DNA of 63,345 nucleotides, counting the filler, from Asterionella formosa (Eukaryota), in the NCBI GenBank assembly GCA_002256025.1. It is 27 parts of 27 records of this genome, joined end to end, with 100 filler letters (N's around TTAATTAATTAA, not from the genome) between each part and the next. Parts side by side here need not be neighbours in the genome. Positions count along the whole stretch, not along the records: positions 23,541 to 25,792 come from NKIB01000129.1; positions 25,893 to 28,144 come from NKIB01000130.1; positions 28,245 to 30,496 come from NKIB01000131.1; positions 30,597 to 32,847 come from NKIB01000133.1; positions 32,948 to 35,204 come from NKIB01000134.1; positions 35,305 to 37,553 come from NKIB01000135.1; 21 more parts are not named here. One strand, written 5' to 3'. Both the position numbers and the translations under genes were made by a program. The notes beneath the pieces were generated by a model that made no database searches, was not told the origin of the DNA, and was given only the letters and a program-made list of their open reading frames with translations. Of this stretch, positions 23,541 to 35,769 are shown piece by piece; position 1 is the first letter of the stretch; every line of letters starts with the position of its first letter.

Positions 23541-25792
23541 GAACCATCGAGACAAGGCGTCCGGCGTTGTGTGTTCGTAACGAATTTTTTTCATATTCAA
23601 TATGTAGTGCCACGTGTGCGTACCGAATTTGGATGATGACGATCATTCGCAGGCGTTGGTGACCGTGTGCACTTGAGTCGTACCGACGGGTATCCACAGA
23701 CGACCAGCTAGCGATAGCGATTGTTGCCGGAGTTGAACTGATCACTCAACGACGGCATTGGCGAAACAGTGCTGCCTGCACACAAGTACTATTCGTTACA
23801 GCGGGAATCCACTGACGACATGCGTTTGCGTTTGCGAATTACTACCATTCTCTTTTCCCAGCAAATCTAGTCATTATCATGGCGAATAACTTGGTCGGAG
23901 TCGCCCACGTTCTGTTGGCAATCGGTTTTGAGGTCGCTGTCGAACGTACAAAGCGAGTTTGAGGATTTCCGTTATATAGTCGAAAAGGACATTCGTGACA
24001 TGGCAGACGAATTTGCGAAGCGTAGCGTGGCAAACGTTAAGATTGTTTTTGGACTTGGACGCACAAAGAAATTGACAGGCGTTATGCATTGGGTCCAGGA
24101 TTGCCATCGAGTTAACGACGTTCCGGACCACAACGATTTCAATGTTGAGATTCTATATCAATCGTTGAGCCTTGCGCAAATCAGTGAGTCCGATATAGAT
24201 CTCGTGGCTACTAATTCCAAGGCTGCCGATCCGGGAAAATTCAAAGATGAGAGGAAGTGGCCTGAGTGGGAAAAGGCCTTTATCAACTACTTGGCTGTCA
24301 TTCCCGGCGTTAGCGGCATACCGTTGTCTTATGTGGTAAGAGAAGCGGAGGATCCCGAAGCTGAGGCCGATTATGGCTCATTCAACGAGCGCATGATCCA
24401 TCGTGCCCCACTTAACGGTCAGTATTACATTGCGGATGCAAGACGTGTGCATACACTGTTACTTGGTTTTCTACAGGGCGAACAGACAGAAAATTGGATT
24501 CGTTCCATCTCTCGTTATCAGGACGGTCGTAGGGACATGGTCGCATTGAGGCGGCACTATGCTGGCGAAGGAAATTCCACACGTAGGATTGCCGACGCCA
24601 AGAAAGATTCAATCGTCCCTCCACTACAAGACAGAGCGTGCGTTACCTTTTAACAAGTTCTTGGATACACTACAACGTATGTTCATGATCTTCGAAGAAG
24701 AGAACGAGCCTTTGTCCGAAAGAGCGAAAGTAGACGAGCTATTGTCCAAAGTGCAGAGCTCCGGCTTATCTGCCGCAGTCGCCCAACTCAGATACCAGCT
24801 CAATACAACCGGTATTACCTTTACCGTCGCAGCGAACCATTTAAACTCTGAGGTGTCACAGACGCCTGATTATCAGCTATCCAGACGAATTAACGCCACA
24901 AACACAACCGGCCGTGGCGGACATCGTGGCGGAGGCCGCGGCGACGGTCGTGGCTTCCAGGGTCGCGGTGCCGGCCGCGGTCGTGGAGGTCGCAGCGGGC
25001 GCGGAACCACTCCACAGAAAACACTTACTACTCAACAACAGAATGGGAAAAGCTTTCATATGAGGAGCGTGATCGAGTCCGAAAGGAACGCGACAAGAAA
25101 GGAGAGCAAGGCGGATCGAAGCGTACCATTTCCGAGATGACAACAAAGCAACTTGCTTCCGCCATCATCAGTTCTATCAAGGCAGCAGCACTTAGCGACT
25201 CCAGAACATGCGATGACGACAAGTCGGAAATGCCGAAGAAGTCAAACGCCAGCAATTCTTTTGGTGGGCGACGCAAAAGCCCAAAACGAAGCAAAAGCGA
25301 TCGACTAGAGATAGCGGCATGCCGTTCTTCTCAAGCCGCTCACGCCTCACCAATTATCTATATCTGCTCTTACACAAATAACCCAGCGCGCTGCGAAATG
25401 TGAACTTGACTCTCACGCTGACACCTGTGCTCTTGACTGTAATTTGTACCTCTTTACTTTACAGGACGTGCCTGCGATGTCATTCCATACAATGCAGGTG
25501 CTTACGAACCAGAACGAGACATCCCTATTATTTGCGGAGCGACAGCATTTACTTGCCAACAAAGCGGAGAGACTTTCATTTTAATTATCAATGAGGGACT
25601 TTATTTTGGCAACAAGCTTGAACACAGCCTCCTCAACCCTAACCAATTGCGATTTTCCGGGGTGATTGTCAACGACAATCCTTTCGATAAAGCGGCACCG
25701 CTGTTAATCTCGACAACGGAAATCGATATTCCGCTGCAGATCAGCGGAACAAACATCTTCTTGGAGACTACCACTCCCACCCAGCGTGAACT
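23541..25792 (+). mobile_element. Same CoDi-type copia segment, copy 3
   Basis: Near-identical to copy 1, with an extra 1-bp deletion (GAAAACCACT to GAAAACACT near 25022). Confidence 0.9.
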
Positions 25793-25892
25793 NNNNNNNN
25801 NNNNNNNNNNNNNNNNNNNNNNNNNNNNNNNNNNNNTTAATTAATTAANNNNNNNNNNNNNNNNNNNNNNNNNNNNNNNNNNNNNNNNNNNN

Positions 25893-28144
25893 GAACCATC
25901 GAGACAAGGCGTCCGGCGTTGTGTGTTCGTAACGAATTTTTTTCATATTCAATATGTAGTGCCACGTGTGCGTACCGAATTTGGATGATGACGATCATTC
26001 GCAGGCGTTGGTGACCGTGTGCACTTGAGTCGTACCGACGGGTATCCACAGACGACCAGCTAGCGATAGCGATTGTTGCCGGAGTTGAACTGATCACTCA
26101 ACGACGGCATTGGCGAAACAGTGCTGCCTGCACACAAGTACTATTCGTTACAGCGGGAATCCACTGACGACATGCGTTTGCGTTTGCGAATTACTACCAT
26201 TCTCTTTTCCCAGCAAATCTAGTCATTATCATGGCGAATAACTTGGTCGGAGTCGCCCACGTTCTGTTGGCAATCGGTTTTGAGGTCGCTGTCGAACGTA
26301 CAAAGCGAGTTTGAGGATTTCCGTTATATAGTCGAAAAGGACATTCGTGACATGGCAGACGAATTTGCGAAGCGTAGCGTGGCAAACGTTAAGATTGTTT
26401 TTGGACTTGGACGCACAAAGAAATTGACAGGCGTTATGCATTGGGTCCAGGATTGCCATCGAGTTAACGACGTTCCGGACCACAACGATTTCAATGTTGA
26501 GATTCTATATCAATCGTTGAGCCTTGCGCAAATCAGTGAGTCCGATATAGATCTCGTGGCTACTAATTCCAAGGCTGCCAATCCGGGAAAATTCAAAGAT
26601 GAGAGGAAGTGGCCTGAGTGGGAAAAGGCCTTTATCAACTACTTGGCTGTCATTCCCGGCGTTAGCGGCATACCGTTGTCTTATGTGGTAAGAGAAGCGG
26701 AGGATCCCGAAGCTGAGGCCGATTATGGCTCATTCAACGAGCGCATGATCCATCGTGCCCCACTTAACGGTCAGTATTACATTGCGGATGCAAGACGTGT
26801 GCATACACTGTTACTTGGTTTTCTACAGGGCGAACAGACAGAAAATTGGATTCGTTCCATCTCTCGTTATCAGGACGGTCGTAGGGACATGGTCGCATTG
26901 AGGCGGCACTATGCTGGCGAAGGAAATTCCACACGTAGGATTGCCGACGCCAAGAAAGATTCAATCGTCCCTCCACTACAAGACAGAGCGTGCGTTACCT
27001 TTTAACAAGTTCTTGGATACACTACAACGTATGTTCACGATCTTCGAAGAAGAGAACGAGCCTTTGTCCGAAAGAGCGAAAGTAGACGAGCTATTGTCCA
27101 AAGTGCAGAGCTCCGGCTTATCTGCCGCAGTCGCCCAACTCAGATACCAGCTCAATACAACCGGTATTACCTTTACCGTCGCAGCGAACCATTTAAACTC
27201 TGAGGTGTCACAGACGCCTGATTATCAGCTATCCAGACGAATTAACGCCACAAACACAACCGGCCGTGGCGGACATCGTGGCGGAGGCCGCGGCGACTGT
27301 CGTGGCTTCCAGGGTCGCGGTGCCGGCCGCGGTCGTGGAGGTCGCAGCGGGCGCGGAACCACTCCACAGAAAACACTTACTACTCAACAACAGAATGGGA
27401 AAAGCTTTCATATGAGGAGCGTGATCGAGTCCGAAAGGAACGCGACAAGAAAGGAGAGCAAGGCGGATCGAAGCGTACCATTTCCGAGATGACAACAAAG
27501 CAACTTGCTTCCGCCATCATCAGTTCTATCAAGGCAGCAGCACTTAGCGACTCCAGAACATGCGATGACGACAAGTCGGAAATGCCGAAGAAGTCAAACG
27601 CCAGCAATTCTTTTGGTGGGCGACGCAAAAGCCCAAAACGAAGCAAAAGCGATCGACTAGAGATAGCGGCATGCCGTTCTTCTCAAGCCGCTCACGCCTC
27701 ACCAATTATCTATATCTGCTCTTACACAAATAACCCAGCGCGCTGCGAAATGTGAACTTGACTCTCACGCTGACACCTGTGCTCTTGACTGTAATTTGTA
27801 CCTCTTTACTTTACAGGACGTGCCTGCGATGTCATTCCATACAACGCAGGTGCTTACGAACCAGAACGAGACATCCCTATTATTTGCGGAGCGACAGCAT
27901 TTACTTGCCAACAAAGCGGAGAGACTTTCATTTTAATTATCAATGAGGGACTTTATTTTGGCAACAAGCTTGAACACAGCCTCCTCAACCCTAACCAATT
28001 GCGATTTTCCGGGGTGATTGTCAACGACAATCCTTTCGATAAAGCGGCACCGCTGTTAATCTTGACAACGGAAATCGATATTCCGCTGCAGATCAGCGGA
28101 ACAAACATCTTCTTGGAGACTACCACTCCCACCCAGCGTGAACT
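25893..28144 (+). mobile_element. Same CoDi-type copia segment, copy 4
   Basis: Near-identical; shares the 1-bp deletion and two SNPs with copy 3. Confidence 0.9.
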
Positions 28145-28244
28145 NNNNNNNNNNNNNNNNNNNNNNNNNNNNNNNNNNNNNNNNNNNNTTAATTAATTAA
28201 NNNNNNNNNNNNNNNNNNNNNNNNNNNNNNNNNNNNNNNNNNNN

Positions 28245-29342
28245 GCCACCCCTGAATGCGCGGAAGTTTGCGTTGCCTATATTTCGTTCGTCACGATTAC
28301 GTGTGTTTGAGGATGAGGCAGCAGCAGGCTTTGACTGGTTCCAGAGGTCCTTCATTTTGATTACTGCAGCTTGGAGGTCTGCTTTTGTTTTCTCGTTGTC
28401 CATAATTAGGAATTTAAGTCCTTGCATGCTCTGGTGTTTGATACCATCCAGAAATTTACGAACTTGTGTAAAACCATCACGTTGGACATTTAATTCTTCC
28501 ATTTCAATGTTGGAAGTTATATGGACTGCGCAATATTGTTCGAATGTGAATTGAGATCTGTCTTCTCTGTAGAATGCATTATCAATTCTCGCATCTGCAT
28601 CCTTAATCCTAGCATTGCGTGAATCTTGACCGTCCATCATCGTTATAATCATCTGCCATGCTGATCTTCCATCCTGGGTGGAACGGTAACGGTCAACAAG
28701 TGCTTCCATCGTGCCACCACTTGTCCAGCTAATTAACACTTGGAAGAATTCATAGTTGTCTGCTTGATAGACACTTCCGTGATGTGGTGTATCCCTGATG
28801 ATCACACTCATGTCATTGTCATCAGTTTCAATATATCCTTGTTCTTCTCTTATGAGGTAAAGAAAAGGGACATTGTTGCAATTGCGGCGTTTAGCCATAT
28901 AAGCAATGAGCTCTCGTTTTCGCTTACGCCAATCTTGTGGTTTGCCAAGCCATGGTTCAGGTTCTTTAATATCACGGACATTGGTTCTTTGTGATGCGTC
29001 AATGGTGCGTTTTTGGCCATTTCCAACCTGTTCAAGCATTTTTGTTAGTTCTTCATTTGTAAAATAGTTTGAAGAAACATTTCCGAAACCTTCATTTGCC
29101 TGTTGGTCTCTGATCCACATCTTAAATGCCATCAGTCGCATTTTCTTTCCAGCTGTAGGACGATTATTAGCTTGGAAACATAACATAAGAGTCTCGTCAT
29201 CAACATATGAGAGCTCGGATGACATTGAAATGTCTTGCATGATCAAACGATCTGCTTGTGCTTCATTTAATTGCACCACGTGGATCAGTGCATTTTTAAA
29301 ATGTTCTCTTTCGCCTGGGCGATCGTCGTTTTGTTCGGCCAT
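28245..29342 (-). mobile_element. Intact gag ORF of a second CoDi-type copia family (3' end off contig)
   Basis: Likely start MAEQND at 29342; motifs NVPFLYLIRE, YQADN, QDGRSAW, FTFEQY and VRKFLDGI; RGG tail begins at the contig end. Confidence 0.85.
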
Positions 29343-29642
29343 GCCGACTTTATATATGTTCTTTGATGAGTGGAATCTATCCAACAACACCAGCACACAA
29401 TCCCTCTTCCGGTGGGATTTTATGTCACAATGACAAAATGTGTGAACGATGACACCCTGTGTCTTACGGTCCCTTTGACCTGTCACTCCAAAGTTGGATG
29501 ATCTGCTGTTTAGACAGTGAGATACTGTGACTGTTTGTTATGCTTGTCACCGGCGCAACTTCCGGCACTTGTTGCTCACAATGGCGCAATCGCAGTTGCT
29601 ATCGTCCGATTCTTCTCAAACCTCTTCTTCCCTCTTTCGAGT

Positions 29643-29660
29643 GCGATGGGTCTGATAAAC
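29643..29660 (-). promoter_or_regulatory. Putative primer-binding site GTTTATCAGACCCATCGC
   Basis: Directly follows the LTR 3' end (...GGAACA) on the minus strand and precedes the gag leader. Confidence 0.6.
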
Positions 29661-29862
29661 TGTTCCGATCTCAACAAACACACTAACGATTGAAGAGGCT
29701 CATGAGGAATACAGAGAGTATGAAGCGACGATCAAAGAAGGAGAAAACACAAACTAAAATTATAAAGTGTTATAAACCATGCAATATTTAGTTCCGAGGA
29801 AAATCGGGAAGAAGAATTCTGTCGAGGTGACCACGTCAGAATTTCGGCCGGTCTGATCAACA
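29661..29862 (-). mobile_element. 5' LTR (about 202 bp) of the CoDi element
   Basis: Minus-strand termini TGTTGATC...GATCGGAACA (TG...CA with short inverted ends), internal TTTATAA boxes, correct position upstream of the PBS and gag. Confidence 0.7.
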
Positions 29863-30033
29863 TACCTGTATATTTATGTATGAAGAGATTAACATAGCGT
29901 TTATCTTGCGAGGTGAAGAACGCTCTCATTTTTCAAAAGACAGAAATAATTGTCATATTAATACATCTTAGAAAAATGTGCGCTATCCTGTAGAACTAAA
30001 GAAATTTACTTAGGTCTATTATAAGGGAAATCT

Positions 30034-30115
30034 CTTCATTGTCCTGGGCCCCCCTAAGTAAAATCAGTCAAATTCAGTCACGGCAGTGTACATTGGGGGG
30101 TCCAGGACAATGAAG
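30034..30115. repeat. 21-bp inverted repeat (20/21 match) with 40-bp spacer, MITE-like
   Basis: CTTCATTGTCCTGGGCCCCCC at 30034-30054 and GGGGGGTCCAGGACAATGAAG at 30095-30115, followed by TA. Confidence 0.75.
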
Positions 30116-30596
30116 TATACGGTAGTCGTCGCTGTGTTCTGCACTTGTAGTAACTACGGTACCTGGTAGCACCTTCGAGAAACTTCGCGAAGTACATATA
30201 CTTGAATACAGGGTAGACTGGGTACCTGGTATGTTCTTACCGTGCTTACGGTAGATATGTTGTGCACTGGTAAAGTTAACGGAGTAACGGTAGCGCCTTC
30301 GACAAAAAATTATGCAGCGATAAAACGATACTCGTTTAGACTGGGTACCAGTACTGGTACCGGTACCAGGTACCACCTAAAAACTGAGAGTCATACAAAC
30401 TTTCAGTTTTGTACTGATAGTCATAACAAAACGGGGTAATCACACGGTTTGAGACGAATATTTGTAATATTATAAATCTGTATTAGACAAAGTCCTNNNN
30501 NNNNNNNNNNNNNNNNNNNNNNNNNNNNNNNNNNNNNNNNTTAATTAATTAANNNNNNNNNNNNNNNNNNNNNNNNNNNNNNNNNNNNNNNNNNNN

Positions 30597-32847
30597 GGTG
30601 CAGTACAATGCATGGGCAGCTGCTCTCATTTTTAGATTATTATTACCAAATGACGGTTGTCGTAATAGCTAGTAGTAACCACTGTATAGTAGCAGGGCCC
30701 AAATGTCCCAATTTATAATGCCAGCGCAGATAGTACTCCTTCTGAATTTCCATTAGGTTCTGGTTACGATCCTTAGTGATGCATAGATATAGTGATTCCT
30801 TGCGTACTAGTATTGTCACAGTAGAAGAACGGATGGCTTTACTTGTTGGCAGTCCATTAATCGGGTCATACTAATCAATGCTCAGTACTGGTTTACCAGC
30901 TAGTATTTGTAGCTGGGCGTGGTCACCATCCAGTACAACAAAACAACCAGAAATACCTTGTTCCTTAGAGAATATCTGTTGGGGACGAGATAGTAGGCGC
31001 TGTGGGCATAGAGGGAGGACATTGTACGCTTTCACATGCAAGTGAAGGAGTTGTCCATCATCAGATAAAAAAGTCCAATGGATACCTATTCCTTCTACCA
31101 TAAGGCCTGACGCTATCCCTGGGCCTCCTAGCTAGCTAGTAAGGGTAATGGTACCTTGGGGACTGATATTTCTCCAACAAAATCATCTTTATATGCACTT
31201 ACAGAACGTGTAGCTCCTGTATCCCATATAACAGAGAAATGGATATTCTCGTCTGAGAACATAGTACTTCTTGGATCCATCTCATAGGGCTTAAACTTGT
31301 CATTAGAGATGAAGTTATTTATTTCCGGTTTAAAACCTATATGTAATTCTTTAACGTCGGCATTCCTTCGACTGTAGGTTGCATGTATATCAATATGCAG
31401 GCCAGCAAGATCCATGTCTTGCTGGCAGAGCGACCCTTCAGAAAGCATCCATGAACCAATCAAAATCCTCTGAGTTGTCACCACCTGATTCATCGTCTGA
31501 GGAGTTACTACTAGTAGAGTAGTAAACTTGACCAGACAAGATTGCAAGAATCAAGCCAATTTGCTCGACTTCGATAAAAATTGGGGACTCAGCACGATTC
31601 AAAGGAAAGCTGGCATCGCAATCCATCATGGCATCTTCTTCTAAAGAATTAACCAACCTAAAGTTTGAGTAATAATCTTCGAGAACATCGTCTGCTTCAC
31701 TAGCAAACAAATCTAAGTCTTCGGTATCATTACTAATGTTGAATAGTGGCTGGGAAAGATTTTGGACAGTTTGAGGTGAGACACATGGTGTCCTGGATTG
31801 CTTTGCCATGCATTGTTCTTGATTAAGGGCATCGATGCAATTTTTCCATTCCACATTTTCTTTACTACAAGCAGCTACGTAACCAAAAATAGTAAAGACC
31901 ACAAGAGTATTGTCAGTTGCTTCTTCCTTCGTAGTGGCAGTATGGGCTAGATTAGCCACAGCGGCCGCAGTAACTTGAGGAGTACTTGTTGTCTGGCCAG
32001 TGTGTGTGGCAGTGTTATGTGTAGCTAGCTAGTAGTCCAGCGACCTTCGCTCACTACCACGACACTTGGAGCACGAGTACCAGGTCTTACCATATCATCC
32101 TTATGTATGATACTTTTAGGATCCCCAACCTTGGGCGGTATCTCCTTCCAAAAGCTCTTAGTATCATCAACCTTTTCAGTAACTTTCCTGTGCTTTCTTG
32201 GATCAGTAGGTCTAGTAGTAGGATTTCAGGACAATCAGGCTCTATATGCCCCTTTTTGCCACACCGATAGCAAGTGACCTCAGAGAAATCCTTGTTGTCC
32301 AAATTTCCCTTGGTACTTCTATTCTTGCGTAGCAGGGTTAGTTCCTCTGCAAATGCCTGGTAGGAAGAAGGCAAACCATCTGACTGCTTCTTGGGAAGTG
32401 TCTTGATAGGTGGCCAGCGGTCATAGTCAACTAGGCGCTTGTAGCTGGTCATAGCCAACTCGCATAAATATTTAACACCTAAAGAAGTATTCTGGAATGC
32501 CAGAATCATCATAATGTCTTTCCCAAGCAGTTAACTCTCCTCGTCATCAATCTCAACAGACTTGGAATAGAAGGGAGTAAGAAATTCCTCAACACTGCAG
32601 CATGGAAATTTAGCAATAACAATGCGGGACACAGTACTAGCAGGGAGTGCATTACTATCATGTTTAAGCAAGTTATACGTAGTTAGTACATCATTGCTGA
32701 CTAACAAACGTATGTTCTCACCAAGATAGTTTGACAGGGACAGGTTTCGAAAGTGTTTTTCACACTGTCCATTCGTTGAGGCGACTCTGAGGTAACCTCA
32801 TCCAGCCATCAAAGCTACCCAAAGAAGGAGTCCAGGACCCCTCCTGC
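30597..32847 (-). pseudogene. Degenerate Ty1/copia gag-protease-pre-integrase
   Basis: Zinc knuckle CYRCGKKGHIEPDCP, protease VIWDTGATRSVS, QRLLS.PQQ and LRWHYKLGH, in copia order; many stops and frameshifts. Confidence 0.85.
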
Positions 32848-32947
32848 NNNNNNNNNNNNNNNNNNNNNNNNNNNNNNNNNNNNNNNNNNNNTTAATTAAT
32901 TAANNNNNNNNNNNNNNNNNNNNNNNNNNNNNNNNNNNNNNNNNNNN

Positions 32948-33209
32948 GTGAAGTACCACATAATTAACACTCGTACGTAAACGAAATTTCGAAAAGTCAA
33001 ATGAATTATTTGAAACATCAACTAATTCAGCCTCGCGTTCAAAATTCATTGTGAAAACTTCACATGAAGCAGTTAAAACTTCACATGAAACCGTTAAAAG
33101 TAATCTTTTTTACGTGAAGAGTGGCATTAATGCATGTGAAGTACCACATAATTAACACTCATACGTAGACGAAATTTCGAAAAGTGGCGTATTTTGCGTC
33201 TTAGATGCA
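32948..33209 (-). repeat. 188-bp unit tandem repeat with defined element terminus
   Basis: GTGAAGTACCACATAATTAACACTC at 32948 and 33136. Reverse complement of the array at 62872-63292. Confidence 0.9.
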
Positions 33210-33753
33210 CTCCTATGTAAGACAAAATAACCAGAACACTCCTTTGCGTGGTTTACTATTAGCTAAGACATCATCAGATGTTATACGAATTGCAGATTGC
33301 AGATCAGAACCTTCATCAGTAGAAGCGTCAACCGGACATGCAGTCGGCAGAGAAGGGTGCTGTGTCGAACAGTCATCGATCCCCAGATCTTCCGTTGTGT
33401 CACGCACACCCTTGTATTTGATTCACTTCTGATAGGCGATAAAAGAGTATAGCGTCGATGTGGTAGACAAAGGACAGCGGTGAGGCCGTCGACAGAACCT
33501 CATGGTGTTTTAATTCAATAAGATGTTTAAGTTTATTTTAATTTATGATGTTTTACCAGTACTAGTATAATCCCTCAACATATCGAGCATCTTTTGCTGG
33601 TTCAATTTGTCACACCCCGCCGCCATGAAAAGCGCCCTGTGGATTTTATGCGCAATTTCAAGTGCGAATGTTGTGCAAAAAAGAGGTGCGTAAGAGCGAA
33701 TTCAGGGGAATTCGTCCCTTGACGACCAACAACTTACTCCGAGTACATCATTG

Positions 33754-33754
<1 letters not shown>

Positions 33755-33787
<33 letters not shown>
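33755..33787 (+). repeat. (CTG)11 microsatellite
   Basis: Read directly from the sequence. Confidence 0.95.
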
Positions 33788-33788
<1 letters not shown>

Positions 33789-35060
33789 GTTGGCTGACTG
33801 GGGAAGGACGGTTTTACCTACGCATCCGGTATTCCGGTACCAGGTACCGGTAGTTTAAGATTCCGGGCGGTACCTGGTACCTGGTACCTAGAGGTCGCAA
33901 AGTTTCTCTTCACCATGATCTCCTTGGCTGGTGATTACTTACTGGTTTGTTGTCTACCAGTAGGTGGAGGTTCAGTTCAGTGTGTGCGTGCGTACGTGGT
34001 ATTAAACTATATAGAATGATTGGATAAGAAAATCAATATACACCCACGTAAAAACTTGTACCAGGTTGTGGTTCTGGTTCTGGTAGTCTACCGGTACTGG
34101 TACCAATACCAGTACCAGTACCAGTACCAGTATACCGGGTATACCGCTTGCAAGTACACTGCACTGCTTGCCATCACACTGCAAAACCATCATTTCCATC
34201 TGTTGTCTGTAAAGGAATGCATTGCTGGTGAAAAAAGCGAAAGCTTGCTCTGCAATATTGGTAAGGAAATGAAGGGCATCACTGATATCTTATCATCCAC
34301 TTTTGACTTGGATGCATACCTAGCTAGTTTATGCATAGAATTTCCCAATGCGGTGCATGCCCATCAGGTCCTTCATAAGAATGGTAGCGCGGCGCGCAGC
34401 GGCCAAATTTTCTAGACAGAGCTTTCTTTCAAAGGGAAAGCGGATGGATTGCATCGCACTGGTCCAACAATGCATAATTTAACTAATTTCACTTTATTGA
34501 CTTTCCAGAGCTTGAAAGCAGCTGATTCCGAAGCTTGCTTCTTTAGCGGGAACTTCGACACCACCAGTGGGGAAAATCAAGAAGGAGGACATTCCTATCA
34601 TCAAGACGGCACCCCATTCCTTGGTACAAGCGCTTTGTTATAAATTCCATACTGGTCCAATGCGCGCGCCTCTGGATAATGATCCATCTGTAGGGCAGTG
34701 TGGTACAGTGATATGGTGGTATTTTTCTTCGTTTCTTGTACAGAAGGCAGCTGTACCTAGCTAAGGGGAGGTTGAGACTTGGGAGGAGGCATTCGAATCT
34801 TGTTCCTTTCGAGTGTCATTACAACTGGTCCGCTAAAGTTGATCGTCAAGATAGGTCATGAGTGAGTTACGCTAGAACAAATAACGGATTCGATAAGCAA
34901 TCACAAAAGAGACTTTGACTTTGCCACTTGCCACTCCGCTACGCTCGCTTGCTTGCTTCCTTTCCATTGACCGGAAGAAGCAATACAACCACTCTCCATA
35001 GTGGACACGAACAAAGCTCAATAGCACAAGCGCGGCACTCACATCAGCCACCCGTTCTGC

Positions 35061-35092
35061 TCTGTTCTGTTCTGTTCTGTTCTGTTCTGTTC
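35061..35092 (+). repeat. (TCTGT)6 microsatellite
   Basis: Read directly from the sequence. Confidence 0.9.
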
Positions 35093-35769
35093 CATTCGCG
35101 TTGACTTGAATCTCAGTTACCACCGGTCACCCATTGCGCCGTGCATCGCTCGCTTTCATTTCTCGTCATGCTCACACTGGAGAATACCGGCTCAGCAGCC
35201 AGCCNNNNNNNNNNNNNNNNNNNNNNNNNNNNNNNNNNNNNNNNNNNNTTAATTAATTAANNNNNNNNNNNNNNNNNNNNNNNNNNNNNNNNNNNNNNNN
35301 NNNNTACCAGGTTCCGGAAACGGTACCAGTACCTGGTACCAGAGGTACTGGTACTGTATCTGCACTGGAATAAACTGTGTTGACGAGCGACTACAGTGAC
35401 TGTTATTAACGAATATGAGCAAGCATTGGCTTACGTATATTTTTATGCACAACATTTTTTGGTAACGAAACATAGTTTATTCATGTAGCAAACGTTTTTC
35501 GGAAACACGACAAATAAAATGATTGCAACTACCGATACATAAAACCACCAGGGTACCGGTACTTTCTATTTATGCGCGAAATAAGTGTACTTTTATTGAT
35601 TCGATATAAGAGAATGTATCATGTTAAAATGAAGCAAAGATGGACGTTTTCACGTCGTAACCCTTTGAGCTGGGATTGCTAGATGATGCAGTCGTGACTG
35701 TCTGTGCTTTTTCTCAGAACTACATATGGCCCAGCAAAATTGAAATGAAATTTTTTTTCGATTTTTGGA

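Noticed and set aside
18835..25792. Giant palindromes formed by copies 1/2 and 2/3 of the copia segment
   Set aside because: The symmetry centres are artificial linkers, and contig orientation in the bin is arbitrary.
34020..34415. ORF with YQYQYQ repeat
   Set aside because: It arises from a (TACCAG)n microsatellite within a GTAC-rich tract; no coding evidence.
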